A stretch of DNA of 64,000 bases from a bacterium (GTDB lineage Bacteria; Bacteroidota; Bacteroidia; Bacteroidales; F082): contig BTTE01000002.1 of NCBI GenBank assembly GCA_036244975.1, forward strand, positions 19,576 to 83,575, written 5' to 3'. Position 1 is the stretch's first letter. The number at the start of each line of letters is the position of its first letter. Under the pieces are notes generated by a model, which was given only the letters and a program-made list of their open reading frames with translations, had not been told where the DNA came from and did no database searches. The position numbers and the translations under genes are program-made. Of the stretch, positions 47,953 to 57,067 are shown in pieces.

Positions 47953-48168
47953 ATGGCTGTTATCGTAAATCTGGATATCATGCTGGCCAAACGAAAAATG
48001 AGTTTGACAGAGCTTTCGGAAAAGGTAGGCATTACCATGTCGAATCTTTCCATTTTGAAAAAAGGAAAAGCCAAAGCCATCCGGTTCTCCACACTAAATG
48101 CGCTTTGCAAAGCATTGGAGTGCCAGCCGGGAGATATTTTGGAACACCAGCCGGAAAAAGAAGAATAG
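47953..48168 (+). CDS. helix-turn-helix transcriptional regulator (XRE/YozG type)
   Basis: The ATG at 47953, 2 nt after the DUF2975 stop, gives MAVIVNLDIMLAKRKMSLTELSEKVGITMSNLSILKKGKAKAIRFSTL..., a typical YozG-like HTH. Confidence 0.8.
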   Translation: MAVIVNLDIMLAKRKMSLTELSEKVGITMSNLSILKKGKAKAIRFSTLNALCKALECQPGDILEHQPEKEE

Positions 48169-48310
48169 GTTTTTCCGCCTTTTACCAAATCCTCACTGGC
48201 AACAATCTCTCTGCGGGACAAAATTTTCAAAATAATATCGTTTATCTTTAAAATTGCCGGTTACCCATAAAATTTACCCCGTAAAATGTATGGTTAACCG
48301 TAGAATTTAC

Positions 48311-48318
48311 TACTTTTG
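48311..48318 (+). promoter_or_regulatory. -7 promoter box (TACTTTTG) upstream of the first AAA ATPase gene
   Basis: Exact TAnnTTTG, 15 nt upstream of the ATG at 48333. Confidence 0.4.
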
Positions 48319-48332
48319 CTAAAAATTGCTCT

Positions 48333-49463
48333 ATGCTTATACCAAGGCTAATCGCAGATTCAGTTTTAAATGATATCATTCGATCAGGAAAAGTTATTCT
48401 CATTTACGGTCCCCGTCAGGCGGGAAAGACAACTTTGGCCGGATTAATTCTTGAAAAAACAGGATTAAAAACGCTTGTGGTCAATGCCGATCAGCTCAAA
48501 TATGTTGACATTTTGTCAAGCCGGGATCTGTCAAAACTTAAATCATTAGTTTATGGTTATGATGTGCTGTTTATTGATGAAGGGCAACGTATTCCCGATA
48601 TTGGGTTAAATCTTAAAATCCTGCACGACATGTTGCCCCAATTGAAAATACTGGTAACCGGTTCGTCTTCCTTTTTGTTGTCGGACAGGGTAACAGAATC
48701 GCTCACCGGAAGAAAAAAGGTTTACACTTTGCTGCCTGTTTCCTTGGGGGAGTTATCAAAAACGTACAATTCGTTTGAGTTAAACGACCAGTTAGAAGAA
48801 AGACTGATTTACGGACAATACCCCGAAGTGATTAATCTTATCGGTTACAATGAAAAGGAAGACTACCTGCGGGAAATCACCAGCTCCTATATTTACAAAG
48901 ACATTCTTGAACTTGAGCATATCAAATATCCGTTTAAAATCAGAGATTTACTACGACTTCTGGCTTTTCAAACCGGTTCACAGGTAAGCATTCCTGAGTT
49001 GGGGCGTCAGCTTGGATTGAATCGGGAGACCGTGGAGAGATATCTCTATTTACTGGAACAGTCTTTTGTCATTTTCAGACTTTCCGCTTTCAGTCGCAAT
49101 CTGAGAAAAGAAATTAGTAAGTCGCAAAAATTCTATTTTTATGATAACGGTATCCGGAATCTTTTAACAGATAATCTGCACGCTTTGAAAATGCGAAATG
49201 ACATTGGGGCATTGTGGGAAAATTTTATTCTTTCCGAACGAAAGAAAAAACTTTTGTATGATAACAAACATACTCATAACTATTTCTGGCGAACCTATTC
49301 CGGAACCGAAATTGATTACATAGAAGAGTATCAGGGAAAACTCTGCGCTTTTGAAATTAAATACAACAAAAGTAAAACCAAAGCTCCCCTTGTCTGGCAG
49401 CAGCAATACGGAAAAGATTTTCAAGTCATCAATAAAGAAAACTACCTTGATTTTATTATTTGA
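48333..49463 (+). CDS. AAA+ ATPase (COG1373 / AAA_14-DUF4143 type)
   Basis: 376 aa. Walker A GPRQAGKTT, Walker B LFIDEGQ, C-terminal region of DUF4143 style. Confidence 0.75.
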   Translation: MLIPRLIADSVLNDIIRSGKVILIYGPRQAGKTTLAGLILEKTGLKTLVVNADQLKYVDILSSRDLSKLKSLVYGYDVLFIDEGQRIPDIGLNLKILHDMLPQLKILVTGSSSFLLSDRVTESLTGRKKVYTLLPVSLGELSKTYNSFELNDQLEERLIYGQYPEVINLIGYNEKEDYLREITSSYIYKDILELEHIKYPFKIRDLLRLLAFQTGSQVSIPELGRQLGLNRETVERYLYLLEQSFVIFRLSAFSRNLRKEISKSQKFYFYDNGIRNLLTDNLHALKMRNDIGALWENFILSERKKKLLYDNKHTHNYFWRTYSGTEIDYIEEYQGKLCAFEIKYNKSKTKAPLVWQQQYGKDFQVINKENYLDFII

Positions 49464-49539
49464 TTTTTCTTAACAGAAATTACAAACGGATAATTACGGA
49501 AGCAGCCTCTTGTCAAATTCTCTTTTCCCCATAAAATCA

Positions 49540-49547
49540 TAACTTTG
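49540..49547 (+). promoter_or_regulatory. -7 promoter box (TAACTTTG) immediately upstream of the OmpR-type regulator gene
   Basis: Exact TAnnTTTG ending 6 nt before the ATG at 49554. Confidence 0.35.
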
Positions 49548-49553
49548 CAGGCT

Positions 49554-50231
49554 ATGAAGCTGCTCATTATTGAAGACGACTGCGAAATTCAGGAATCCAT
49601 CATGGCTTATCTGGCTCCCGAAGGCTACCTTTGCCAACAGGCTTACGATTTCAGTAGTGCCTCGGACAAAATCGAATCGTTCGGTTACGATTGCCTGCTG
49701 ATTGATATCAACCTGCCCGATGGCAGCGGTCTGGATTTGATAAAACAGGCCAAGCGGCTGAAAAAACCCAGCGGCATCATTGTCATTACGGCCCGCGATG
49801 CCATCGTCGATCGCGTCAAAGCGCTGGAATTTGGCGCTGACGATTATCTTGTAAAACCTTTTAACCTGGCCGAGCTGAATGCCCGTATCAAATCGCTTAT
49901 TCGCCGCATGCATTTCCAGGGAAGCAACTTCATCACGCAGGGAGACCTTCAGATTTTCCCGGACAGCTTTCAGGTACTTGTGAAAAATCAGCCGCTGGAG
50001 TTGACAAAAAAGGAATTTGAACTACTGCTGTTTTTCGTTTCCAACGCCGGACGTGTCATTGCCAAAGAGAGTCTTGCCGGCCAGCTTTGGGGCGACGATA
50101 TGGATTTCTCCTACTCTTTTGACTTTGTCTATGCCCAGATAAAGAACCTGCGGAAAAAACTCAAAGAAAAAGTTGCAAAAGATTATATCAAAACTATTTA
50201 CGGCGTTGGATACAAATTTGAAAGCGAATGA
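49554..50231 (+). CDS. response regulator transcription factor (OmpR/winged-helix family)
   Basis: MKLLIIEDD..., phospho-acceptor context LLIDINLPDGSG, C-terminal winged helix (LTKKEFELLLFF...YGVGYKF). The ATG at 49554 is preferred over the TTG at 49545. Confidence 0.9.
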   Translation: MKLLIIEDDCEIQESIMAYLAPEGYLCQQAYDFSSASDKIESFGYDCLLIDINLPDGSGLDLIKQAKRLKKPSGIIVITARDAIVDRVKALEFGADDYLVKPFNLAELNARIKSLIRRMHFQGSNFITQGDLQIFPDSFQVLVKNQPLELTKKEFELLLFFVSNAGRVIAKESLAGQLWGDDMDFSYSFDFVYAQIKNLRKKLKEKVAKDYIKTIYGVGYKFESE

Positions 50232-51481
50232 AACTGCTCACCAAAACGACACTCTATTTTGTCACGGTTTCGTTGCTGGTATTTTTTGCCGGCGGAGCAG
50301 GTCTTTACAAAATCATGCAAAATCTGGTGGAACACGAAGTGGATGCCGATTTGTACAACCGTATTCACTATCTCTACGACAACATCCGCCAATTGAACTC
50401 ACTGCAAAATGTAGCTTTTATTGCTACCGAACCAATTGATATTCAAAAAGTTGACAATCCGGCTCCTTCCACCTTCCGGTTGAAAGATACTGTGCTTTAT
50501 AACCGGAATGTCAAAGGGTATATGCCTTATCGCCAGTTGAGTACCACGGTCAAAAGTGGAGATAACTATTACCGTATCAGGATATACAAATCACTCATCA
50601 CTTCCAACTACCTCATTGAAAAAGTTGCGTTGATTATCACGCTTATGTTGATTTTGTTTCTCACGCTGGCCTATTTTCTCAATCGTCATATTTTCGGCAA
50701 GGTGTGGGCTGACTTTTTCAATACGTTGCATATCATGCAGGATTTTAGTCTGACCAGTCCGCACAAAGAGTCTTTTCAGCCTTCCGAAATCATCGAATTT
50801 AACCAATTGAATCGGGTGCTCACTGAGATGACCGACAAGATCATCAACGATTACGAAACCGTAAAAGAGTTTACGGGGAACCTCTCGCATGAAGTGCAAA
50901 CGCCGCTTGCTGTTATTAAAAACAAAACCGAACTGCTTTTCCAGGAATCACTCAACGAAAAACAGTACGAACTCGCCGGCTCCATCTATTCGGCCACCAA
51001 CCGGCTGTCGGGGATCGTGCGCAGCCTCGGCCTGATTGCCCGTATTGACAAAAACCAGTTTGTTGATAGAACTGCCATCGACGTGAAAGCACTGGTTATC
51101 CGCCAACTTGAAAACTTCGAGGCACTTATGACCTCACGAAATATTATACCGGAAACCCACTTTAACGGAACGCCAAAAGTGGTTATGGACAGGGATCTGG
51201 CCGAAATATTTATCAATAATCTAATCAAAAATGCAGTACGACACAACATCGAAAATGGATTTATACACGTTTGGTTGTCGGAAAAAGAGCTCGTGATTGA
51301 AAATTCAGGTACCAACCCGAAAAAGCCTACCAGCGAATTGTTCGAACAGTTTTCGCGTGCTTCTGACAAAGGATTTATGGGTATTGGGCTGGCCATTGTA
51401 AAGAAAATCATTGAACATTACCACATGAAAATAACCTATGATTATCAGAACAACGTTCACCGGATAACGGTTGACTTTTAA
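50228..51481 (+). CDS. sensor histidine kinase
   Basis: 417 aa, two TM helices, H-box LSHEVQTPLAVI, HATPase_c boxes (NLIKNAVRHN, GIGLAIV). ATGA start/stop overlap with the regulator gene. Confidence 0.88.
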   Translation: MKLLTKTTLYFVTVSLLVFFAGGAGLYKIMQNLVEHEVDADLYNRIHYLYDNIRQLNSLQNVAFIATEPIDIQKVDNPAPSTFRLKDTVLYNRNVKGYMPYRQLSTTVKSGDNYYRIRIYKSLITSNYLIEKVALIITLMLILFLTLAYFLNRHIFGKVWADFFNTLHIMQDFSLTSPHKESFQPSEIIEFNQLNRVLTEMTDKIINDYETVKEFTGNLSHEVQTPLAVIKNKTELLFQESLNEKQYELAGSIYSATNRLSGIVRSLGLIARIDKNQFVDRTAIDVKALVIRQLENFEALMTSRNIIPETHFNGTPKVVMDRDLAEIFINNLIKNAVRHNIENGFIHVWLSEKELVIENSGTNPKKPTSELFEQFSRASDKGFMGIGLAIVKKIIEHYHMKITYDYQNNVHRITVDF

Positions 51482-51775
51482 AAAAATACTTAAATCATTC
51501 AGAATTAATCATTTACATTCATTCTGGTTTACAACGCGAATGCTTTTGAAAAATGAATTTGAAATCCCCAAGCCCGGAAAAGGCCGGGATGACACATCCC
51601 GGCCAGCGATTGGATTATAGAGCATTACAACATGCATATTCGATACGAATACCACAAAGGAATACACAGATTTGAAATGAGTTTTTGAATGTTGTAACCT
51701 AAAAAGTTATTTCATTATTGTATGCTATTACATACAATAATATCTATAATTTGTGTGTTGTAACCTAAAATTTTA

Positions 51776-51783
51776 TATTTTTG
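51776..51783 (+). promoter_or_regulatory. -7 promoter box (TATTTTTG) immediately upstream of the second AAA ATPase gene
   Basis: Exact TAnnTTTG ending 4 nt before the ATG at 51788. Confidence 0.35.
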
Positions 51784-51787
51784 CAGT

Positions 51788-52978
51788 ATGGAAAAATTAA
51801 ATACTAAATATCTAAGATTGCTCACTTCTGTTAAAGCTTCACCAAAAAGGTTCCTCTTTGACAAAATAAACTGGCAGGATCGCTTTATTATTATCAAGGG
51901 GCAACGCGGCACAGGAAAAACTACGTTACTGCTGCAATATATCAAAACAACATTTAAAGATTATTCGGAAACGCTCTATGTTTCTTTAAACGATATCTAT
52001 TTTTCAGCCAATACGTTATCTGATCTGGCGGAAAAATTTGTCATGGATGGTGGCCGTTTTTTGTTTCTTGATGAAGTCCACAGGTACAAAGGCTGGTCGG
52101 AAGAATTGAAAAATATTTATGACTTTTATCCTGATTTGCAATTGATTATTACCGGTTCTTCGGCTTTAGCCTTTTATATCAACCAGGCTGATTTGGGTAG
52201 AAGAGCTTCCGTGTATGACCTGCCCGAACTCTCTTTCCGGGAATATTTAAATATGGCATACAAAACAAATTTTTTATCGTTTCAACTTTCGGATATCCTT
52301 GACCACCACGAGCATTTGGAAATGGATATCAACGCAAAAATTAAAAGTGTCAAGCTTTTTAGAGAATATCTTTATTCGGGCGCTTATCCTTTCGTGCTGG
52401 AAGGCAGAGATAAATATTTTGATAAGCTGGAAGCCATTATTAACACAGTGATCGACAGCGATATACCTGCCATTGAAAATATTACCTTTGAAAGCAGGAT
52501 AAAACTGAAAAAACTGCTTTTGGTGATGGCTACATCCACACCGTTTAAGGTGAATATTAGCGAATTGAGCCGAAAATTGCAAACAACAAGAGATGTCCTT
52601 CTCAAATACCTTGAATTGTTGAATAAAGCAGGCATCATTAAATTCCTATCAAGGGAAGACATTGGACATGTTTTACTCAGGAAACCGGATAAAATATATT
52701 TCAGCAATTCAAATTTGATATATGCTTTTCAGGATGATGCCAACAAGGGAACCGTACGTGAAACCTTCTTTTTAAATCAGTTGTCTGTCGGACACCACGT
52801 TTTTTATCCCAAAACAGGGGATTTTCTGGTGAATGGCAAATACACTTTTGAAGTAGGCGGGAAAACCAAAACCCCAGCACAAATCAAATCTGTTGGAAAC
52901 GCCTATCTTGCTTTGGATGACATGGAATACGGTTTTAAAAACAGAATCCCGCTCTGGCTGTTTGGATTTTTGTATTGA
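51788..52978 (+). CDS. AAA+ ATPase (COG1373-like), distant paralog of 48333..49463
   Basis: 396 aa. Walker A GQRGTGKTT, Walker B LFLDEVH. Confidence 0.7.
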   Translation: MEKLNTKYLRLLTSVKASPKRFLFDKINWQDRFIIIKGQRGTGKTTLLLQYIKTTFKDYSETLYVSLNDIYFSANTLSDLAEKFVMDGGRFLFLDEVHRYKGWSEELKNIYDFYPDLQLIITGSSALAFYINQADLGRRASVYDLPELSFREYLNMAYKTNFLSFQLSDILDHHEHLEMDINAKIKSVKLFREYLYSGAYPFVLEGRDKYFDKLEAIINTVIDSDIPAIENITFESRIKLKKLLLVMATSTPFKVNISELSRKLQTTRDVLLKYLELLNKAGIIKFLSREDIGHVLLRKPDKIYFSNSNLIYAFQDDANKGTVRETFFLNQLSVGHHVFYPKTGDFLVNGKYTFEVGGKTKTPAQIKSVGNAYLALDDMEYGFKNRIPLWLFGFLY

Positions 52979-53086
52979 CCAGATTAGCGTCCTGTTCCCT
53001 CATTCATTCACTATTTTAAACTTTTCCAAACTACACTTTATACGCCTTTTATTTGCTGATTTCAGAATTCCTACAGATTCCGGCTC

Positions 53087-53094
53087 TATTTTTG
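53087..53094 (+). promoter_or_regulatory. -7 promoter box (TATTTTTG) upstream of the hemA operon
   Basis: Exact TAnnTTTG, 20 nt upstream of the ATG at 53114. Confidence 0.45.
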
Positions 53095-53113
53095 CCAGTG
53101 CAAAAAGGAAAAC

Positions 53114-54367
53114 ATGACAGGTCTCATTGGGATTAGTTATAAATCAGCTGATCTGGAAATCCGTGAACGGTTTGCTTTCTCTAAAGAAGAAATAGCCACC
53201 TTCACAAAACAGTTGCTTCAGAGTGACAAAATCAGTGGTATGGTGATTTTGTCCACCTGCAACCGAACGGAAATCTATTATCATGCACCTCAAAACAGTA
53301 ACAAGGATGTCTTTCAACTCATTATGGGAGCCTTGACGCTTTACAAAAATTACTACAACGAACTAAAGCCTTATTTTTATTTTAAAGACAGCGAACAAAT
53401 GGTAGTGCATTTGTTTAAAGTCGTTTCAGGAATTGATTCACTTATTGTGGGTGAAGACCAGATTATCGGTCAGGTGAAAGATGCTTTCCAATTTGCCAAA
53501 GAGATACAGAGTACAGATAAAATCCTGAACCGGCTGTTTTCCAAAGCATTGGAAACCGGCAAGAAGGTGCGTACGCAAACGGAAATCAGTCGCGGGTCGG
53601 CTTCGGCCAGCTCGGCAGCCGTAAGCCTGTGCCACCAGCGTTTTCCTGACCTTAGTAACCAAAATGTGCTTATGATTGGCGCCGGACAAACCGGCCAACT
53701 GGTACTTAACAGTCTGCGTAAATCCACTTTCAAATCTTTGCACATTGCTAACCGAACTTACACCAAAGCGGAAGAGCTTTCGCAGCTTCACGGTGGAAAA
53801 AGTATTCAGCTGGATGAAGTAGATCAATATCTTGCGGACAGCGACATCATCTTTGTTGCCACTGATTCGCCCGAGCCGCTGGTAAAATCGGAAGCTGTTA
53901 AAAAGGCACTACAGCAGAGAAACCGGCAACAGAAGCAGCTGTTTTTCGACCTTTCCGTACCCCGCAATGTGGAAGAAGAAATCGGTACTCTAAAGGATAT
54001 TGACCTTTACACCATCGACAACCTGATAAAAATTGTAAAAAGCACCAACCAAAGACGGTTGCAGGAGATTTCGGCAGCCATGGAGATTATCCATCGTGCA
54101 GAAGATCATTTTATGACATGGAAGCACGAACAGGAGCTGATTCCCACAATTTTAAAAATAAAAGAAAACTTCCAGCAGCTCAACAAAACGGAAATGGAGG
54201 AATTTATGAAAATTCGTTCCATAAAAAAAGATGAACTGCTTTCCGAATACTCTCATCACATCACCGAAAAATTTGCACGGGTATTTATCAAAAACCTGAA
54301 AGCACTTTCAAAGAAGGCCGACAAAAGAGATTTTATCACCATGGCCGAAGAATTTTTTGAACTGTAA
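53114..54367 (+). CDS. hemA: glutamyl-tRNA reductase
   Basis: 417 aa. Catalytic-Cys motif LSTCNRTEIY and NAD(P)-binding GAGQTG. Confidence 0.93.
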   Translation: MTGLIGISYKSADLEIRERFAFSKEEIATFTKQLLQSDKISGMVILSTCNRTEIYYHAPQNSNKDVFQLIMGALTLYKNYYNELKPYFYFKDSEQMVVHLFKVVSGIDSLIVGEDQIIGQVKDAFQFAKEIQSTDKILNRLFSKALETGKKVRTQTEISRGSASASSAAVSLCHQRFPDLSNQNVLMIGAGQTGQLVLNSLRKSTFKSLHIANRTYTKAEELSQLHGGKSIQLDEVDQYLADSDIIFVATDSPEPLVKSEAVKKALQQRNRQQKQLFFDLSVPRNVEEEIGTLKDIDLYTIDNLIKIVKSTNQRRLQEISAAMEIIHRAEDHFMTWKHEQELIPTILKIKENFQQLNKTEMEEFMKIRSIKKDELLSEYSHHITEKFARVFIKNLKALSKKADKRDFITMAEEFFEL

Positions 54368-54374
54368 ACTAATC

Positions 54375-55304
54375 ATGGGCAGAACGGTAAAAATAGGTAC
54401 CCGGGGCAGTAAACTAGCGCTGCATCAGGCTAACCTGACTAAAAATGAGTTGGAAAAACATTTCCCCAAATTTGATTTTACTCTCGAAATTATCCACACC
54501 AAAGGGGATAAGATTTTAGACGTGGCGCTTTCAAAAATCGGCGATAAAGGACTCTTTACCAAGGAGATTGAAATGGCACTGTTGGATGGCCGTATCGATC
54601 TTGCCGTACACAGCATGAAAGACCTTCCTACGCTTTTCCCGGAAGGTTTGAAACTTACCGCCGTACTCGAAAGGGGTGAACCACGCGAAGCGCTGGTGTG
54701 TACCGGAAGACGTACTTTGTCCGAGTTAACGGAAAAAGATGTCATAGCCACTTCCAGCGTGCGCCGCAGTGCGCAACTACTGAAAATCAATCCTGATTTT
54801 AACATTGTGGACATTCGCGGAAACGTGGATACACGAATAAACAAATGGAAATCGGGATATTGTACGGTGCTGCTCATGGCGGCAGCCGGAATTCAGCGGC
54901 TGGGACTGGAGAAAAATATCTCTGCGCTGGTGAACCCCGCACAAATAATGCCGGCGCCGGCCCAGGGAATCATTGCCATCAAAAGCCGTGAAAACGACAC
55001 TTTTATCGATGAACTGTTATTACAAATAAACCACAAAGAATCCTGGATAAGAGGCCGGGCCGAATACACATTTCTGGAAACCATCCAGGGTGGCTGTCAG
55101 GTGCCCATCGCCTGTTACTCGGAAATCACTGATGGACAGCTTACCATCAACGGCACGGTCCTTTCGCCGGATGGGAAACAAAATCTGACCGGGGTATTGC
55201 AATGTGGCGTTTCGGAAAATGAAGCCGTGGAAACCGCCAAAGAACTGGCTGCCTCCTTCCTCGAACGCGGCGCCCTTCAAATCATTTCAGCCATTGAAAG
55301 ATAA
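54375..55304 (+). CDS. hemC: hydroxymethylbilane synthase (porphobilinogen deaminase)
   Basis: The ATG at 54375 gives MGRTVKIGTRGSKLALHQA, plus the cofactor-Cys region GGCQVPIA. Confidence 0.93.
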   Translation: MGRTVKIGTRGSKLALHQANLTKNELEKHFPKFDFTLEIIHTKGDKILDVALSKIGDKGLFTKEIEMALLDGRIDLAVHSMKDLPTLFPEGLKLTAVLERGEPREALVCTGRRTLSELTEKDVIATSSVRRSAQLLKINPDFNIVDIRGNVDTRINKWKSGYCTVLLMAAAGIQRLGLEKNISALVNPAQIMPAPAQGIIAIKSRENDTFIDELLLQINHKESWIRGRAEYTFLETIQGGCQVPIACYSEITDGQLTINGTVLSPDGKQNLTGVLQCGVSENEAVETAKELAASFLERGALQIISAIER

Positions 55305-56064
55305 GCAAAACCATATTACCCCCGGCATTCGTACCGTCATAAGCATGCAGCCCGTCGAACGTGCCTCCAAACTTCGGAAAGCGCTTGAAAACAGCGATGT
55401 GCGTTTCTTCAATATGCCCATGATTCGTATCGAAACCGTGGAACTTAATACTGAAATACAATCTGCTTTTGACCGGTTGAAAAATTTTGACCTTTTGATT
55501 TTTACCAGCCGAAATGGTGTGAAAGCTTTTTTTAAACTGCTGGATCAGGCCGGGCTGACTTTTCCCGAAAAAATGAAAATTGCCGCCATTGGCAAAGGAA
55601 CTGCCGAAGAAATAAGACAATATGGCCGAGAGGCCGATTATATCCAGCCGGGGCAAACTTCCCGCGATTTTGCTGCCTGGTTGAAAGACAAAGTGCTCAC
55701 AGGCGGAGAAAAAATCCTCATGGCACTGGGAAATCTGGCTTCGGATTTTCTGCAAAACAAACTTTCCCCACTGGCTTTCGTACGACGAATCGATGTTTAC
55801 CGCACGCTTCCTGTACAGGAATATGATGTTGATCTTATGCAGAAAATCAGGGACGACCAATATGGATTGTTGGTCTTCAGCAGCCCGTCGGCTTTTGCCA
55901 ATTTCTATGGTAATTATCAGAAAAAGAACGCCCGTTTGCGGATTGTTTCCATTGGCGAAACCACTACACAGGCGATTTTAAATACCACGCAGGCTTTGGT
56001 GCTGACGTCAAGAGTGCCGGAAACCGAAGGCCTGTTGTACGAAATCAAACAATATTTTCATTAA
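55294..56064 (+). CDS. hemD: uroporphyrinogen-III synthase
   Basis: HemD-like two-lobe sequence in operon position after hemC. The start is uncertain. A TTG at 55294 (11-nt overlap with hemC) keeps the conserved N-terminal strand RTVISMQP. The first ATG is at 55345. Confidence 0.75.
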   Translation: MKDKQNHITPGIRTVISMQPVERASKLRKALENSDVRFFNMPMIRIETVELNTEIQSAFDRLKNFDLLIFTSRNGVKAFFKLLDQAGLTFPEKMKIAAIGKGTAEEIRQYGREADYIQPGQTSRDFAAWLKDKVLTGGEKILMALGNLASDFLQNKLSPLAFVRRIDVYRTLPVQEYDVDLMQKIRDDQYGLLVFSSPSAFANFYGNYQKKNARLRIVSIGETTTQAILNTTQALVLTSRVPETEGLLYEIKQYFH

Positions 56065-56078
56065 TAAAAAACAAAACA

Positions 56079-57050
56079 ATGAGCTTTCCACTGACAAGAT
56101 TAAGAAGGGTGCGCAAAAATCCCGTGTTGCGCGACATGGTAACCGAAACCAGAGTAACCGTTGACGACCTGATTATGCCGTTATTTGCCTGTCCGGGCAC
56201 AAACGTAAAAAATCCCATTAAGTCCATGCCCGGCAACTATCAAATGTCGATTGACGTACTCGTGGAAGAGTGTAAATCACTGATGGATGTGGGTATCCGT
56301 GCTATCATCCTCTTTGGTATTCCCGAAGAGAAAGATGATACCGGCATGATTGCCGCCCATGATGACGCCATCATTCCCCGCGCTATTGAAGCCGTTAAAA
56401 AGGCAGTTCCCGGAATGTTTGTCATTGCCGATGTGTGCAACTGCGAATATACTACGCACGGTCACTGCGGCGTCATCGTCGATGGCGATGTGGACAACGA
56501 CAAGACCTTCGATTCACTGGTGGCACAATGTGTTACTTTTGCCCGCCACGGCGTGGACATGGTGGCTCCCAGCGACATGATGGACGGCCGTGTGCTGAAA
56601 ATCAGAGAAGGACTGGACGCCGAAGGTTATTACATGCTTCCAATTTTGGCCTATTCGGCAAAATATGCTTCCGCTTTTTACGGTCCTTTCCGCGATGCCG
56701 CCGAAAGTGCGCCTCAGTTTGGCAACCGCAATTCTTACCAGATGAATCCGGCCAACTCCAACGAAGCTATTCGTGAGCTGGAGTTTGACATTGCCGAAGG
56801 CGCCGACATCATTATGATTAAACCGGCTTTGAGTTACCTCGATATTATCCGCCGGGCCAAAGACCGTTTCAACATACCCATTGCTGCTTACAATGTGAGT
56901 GGAGAATTTGCCATGGTAAAAGCTGCTGCCGAGAAAGGCTGGATTGACGAAGACCGGATTATAAAAGAAATCCTGACTTCTATCAAACGTGCCGGTACAG
57001 ACATGATTCTGACTTATCACGCAAAATATTTTGCAGAAAAGCTGCAATAA
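56079..57050 (+). CDS. hemB: porphobilinogen synthase (delta-aminolevulinate dehydratase), Zn-type
   Basis: 323 aa. Cys-rich zinc site DVCNCEYTTHGHCG and active-site lysine contexts. Confidence 0.95.
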   Translation: MSFPLTRLRRVRKNPVLRDMVTETRVTVDDLIMPLFACPGTNVKNPIKSMPGNYQMSIDVLVEECKSLMDVGIRAIILFGIPEEKDDTGMIAAHDDAIIPRAIEAVKKAVPGMFVIADVCNCEYTTHGHCGVIVDGDVDNDKTFDSLVAQCVTFARHGVDMVAPSDMMDGRVLKIREGLDAEGYYMLPILAYSAKYASAFYGPFRDAAESAPQFGNRNSYQMNPANSNEAIRELEFDIAEGADIIMIKPALSYLDIIRRAKDRFNIPIAAYNVSGEFAMVKAAAEKGWIDEDRIIKEILTSIKRAGTDMILTYHAKYFAEKLQ

Positions 57051-57067
57051 TTTAAACCGGAAAGAAG

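Noticed and set aside
47035-53113. Calling the AT-rich block a mobile genomic island
   Set aside because: I found no integrase, transposase, tRNA target or flanking direct repeats. Only composition and gene content suggest accessory status.
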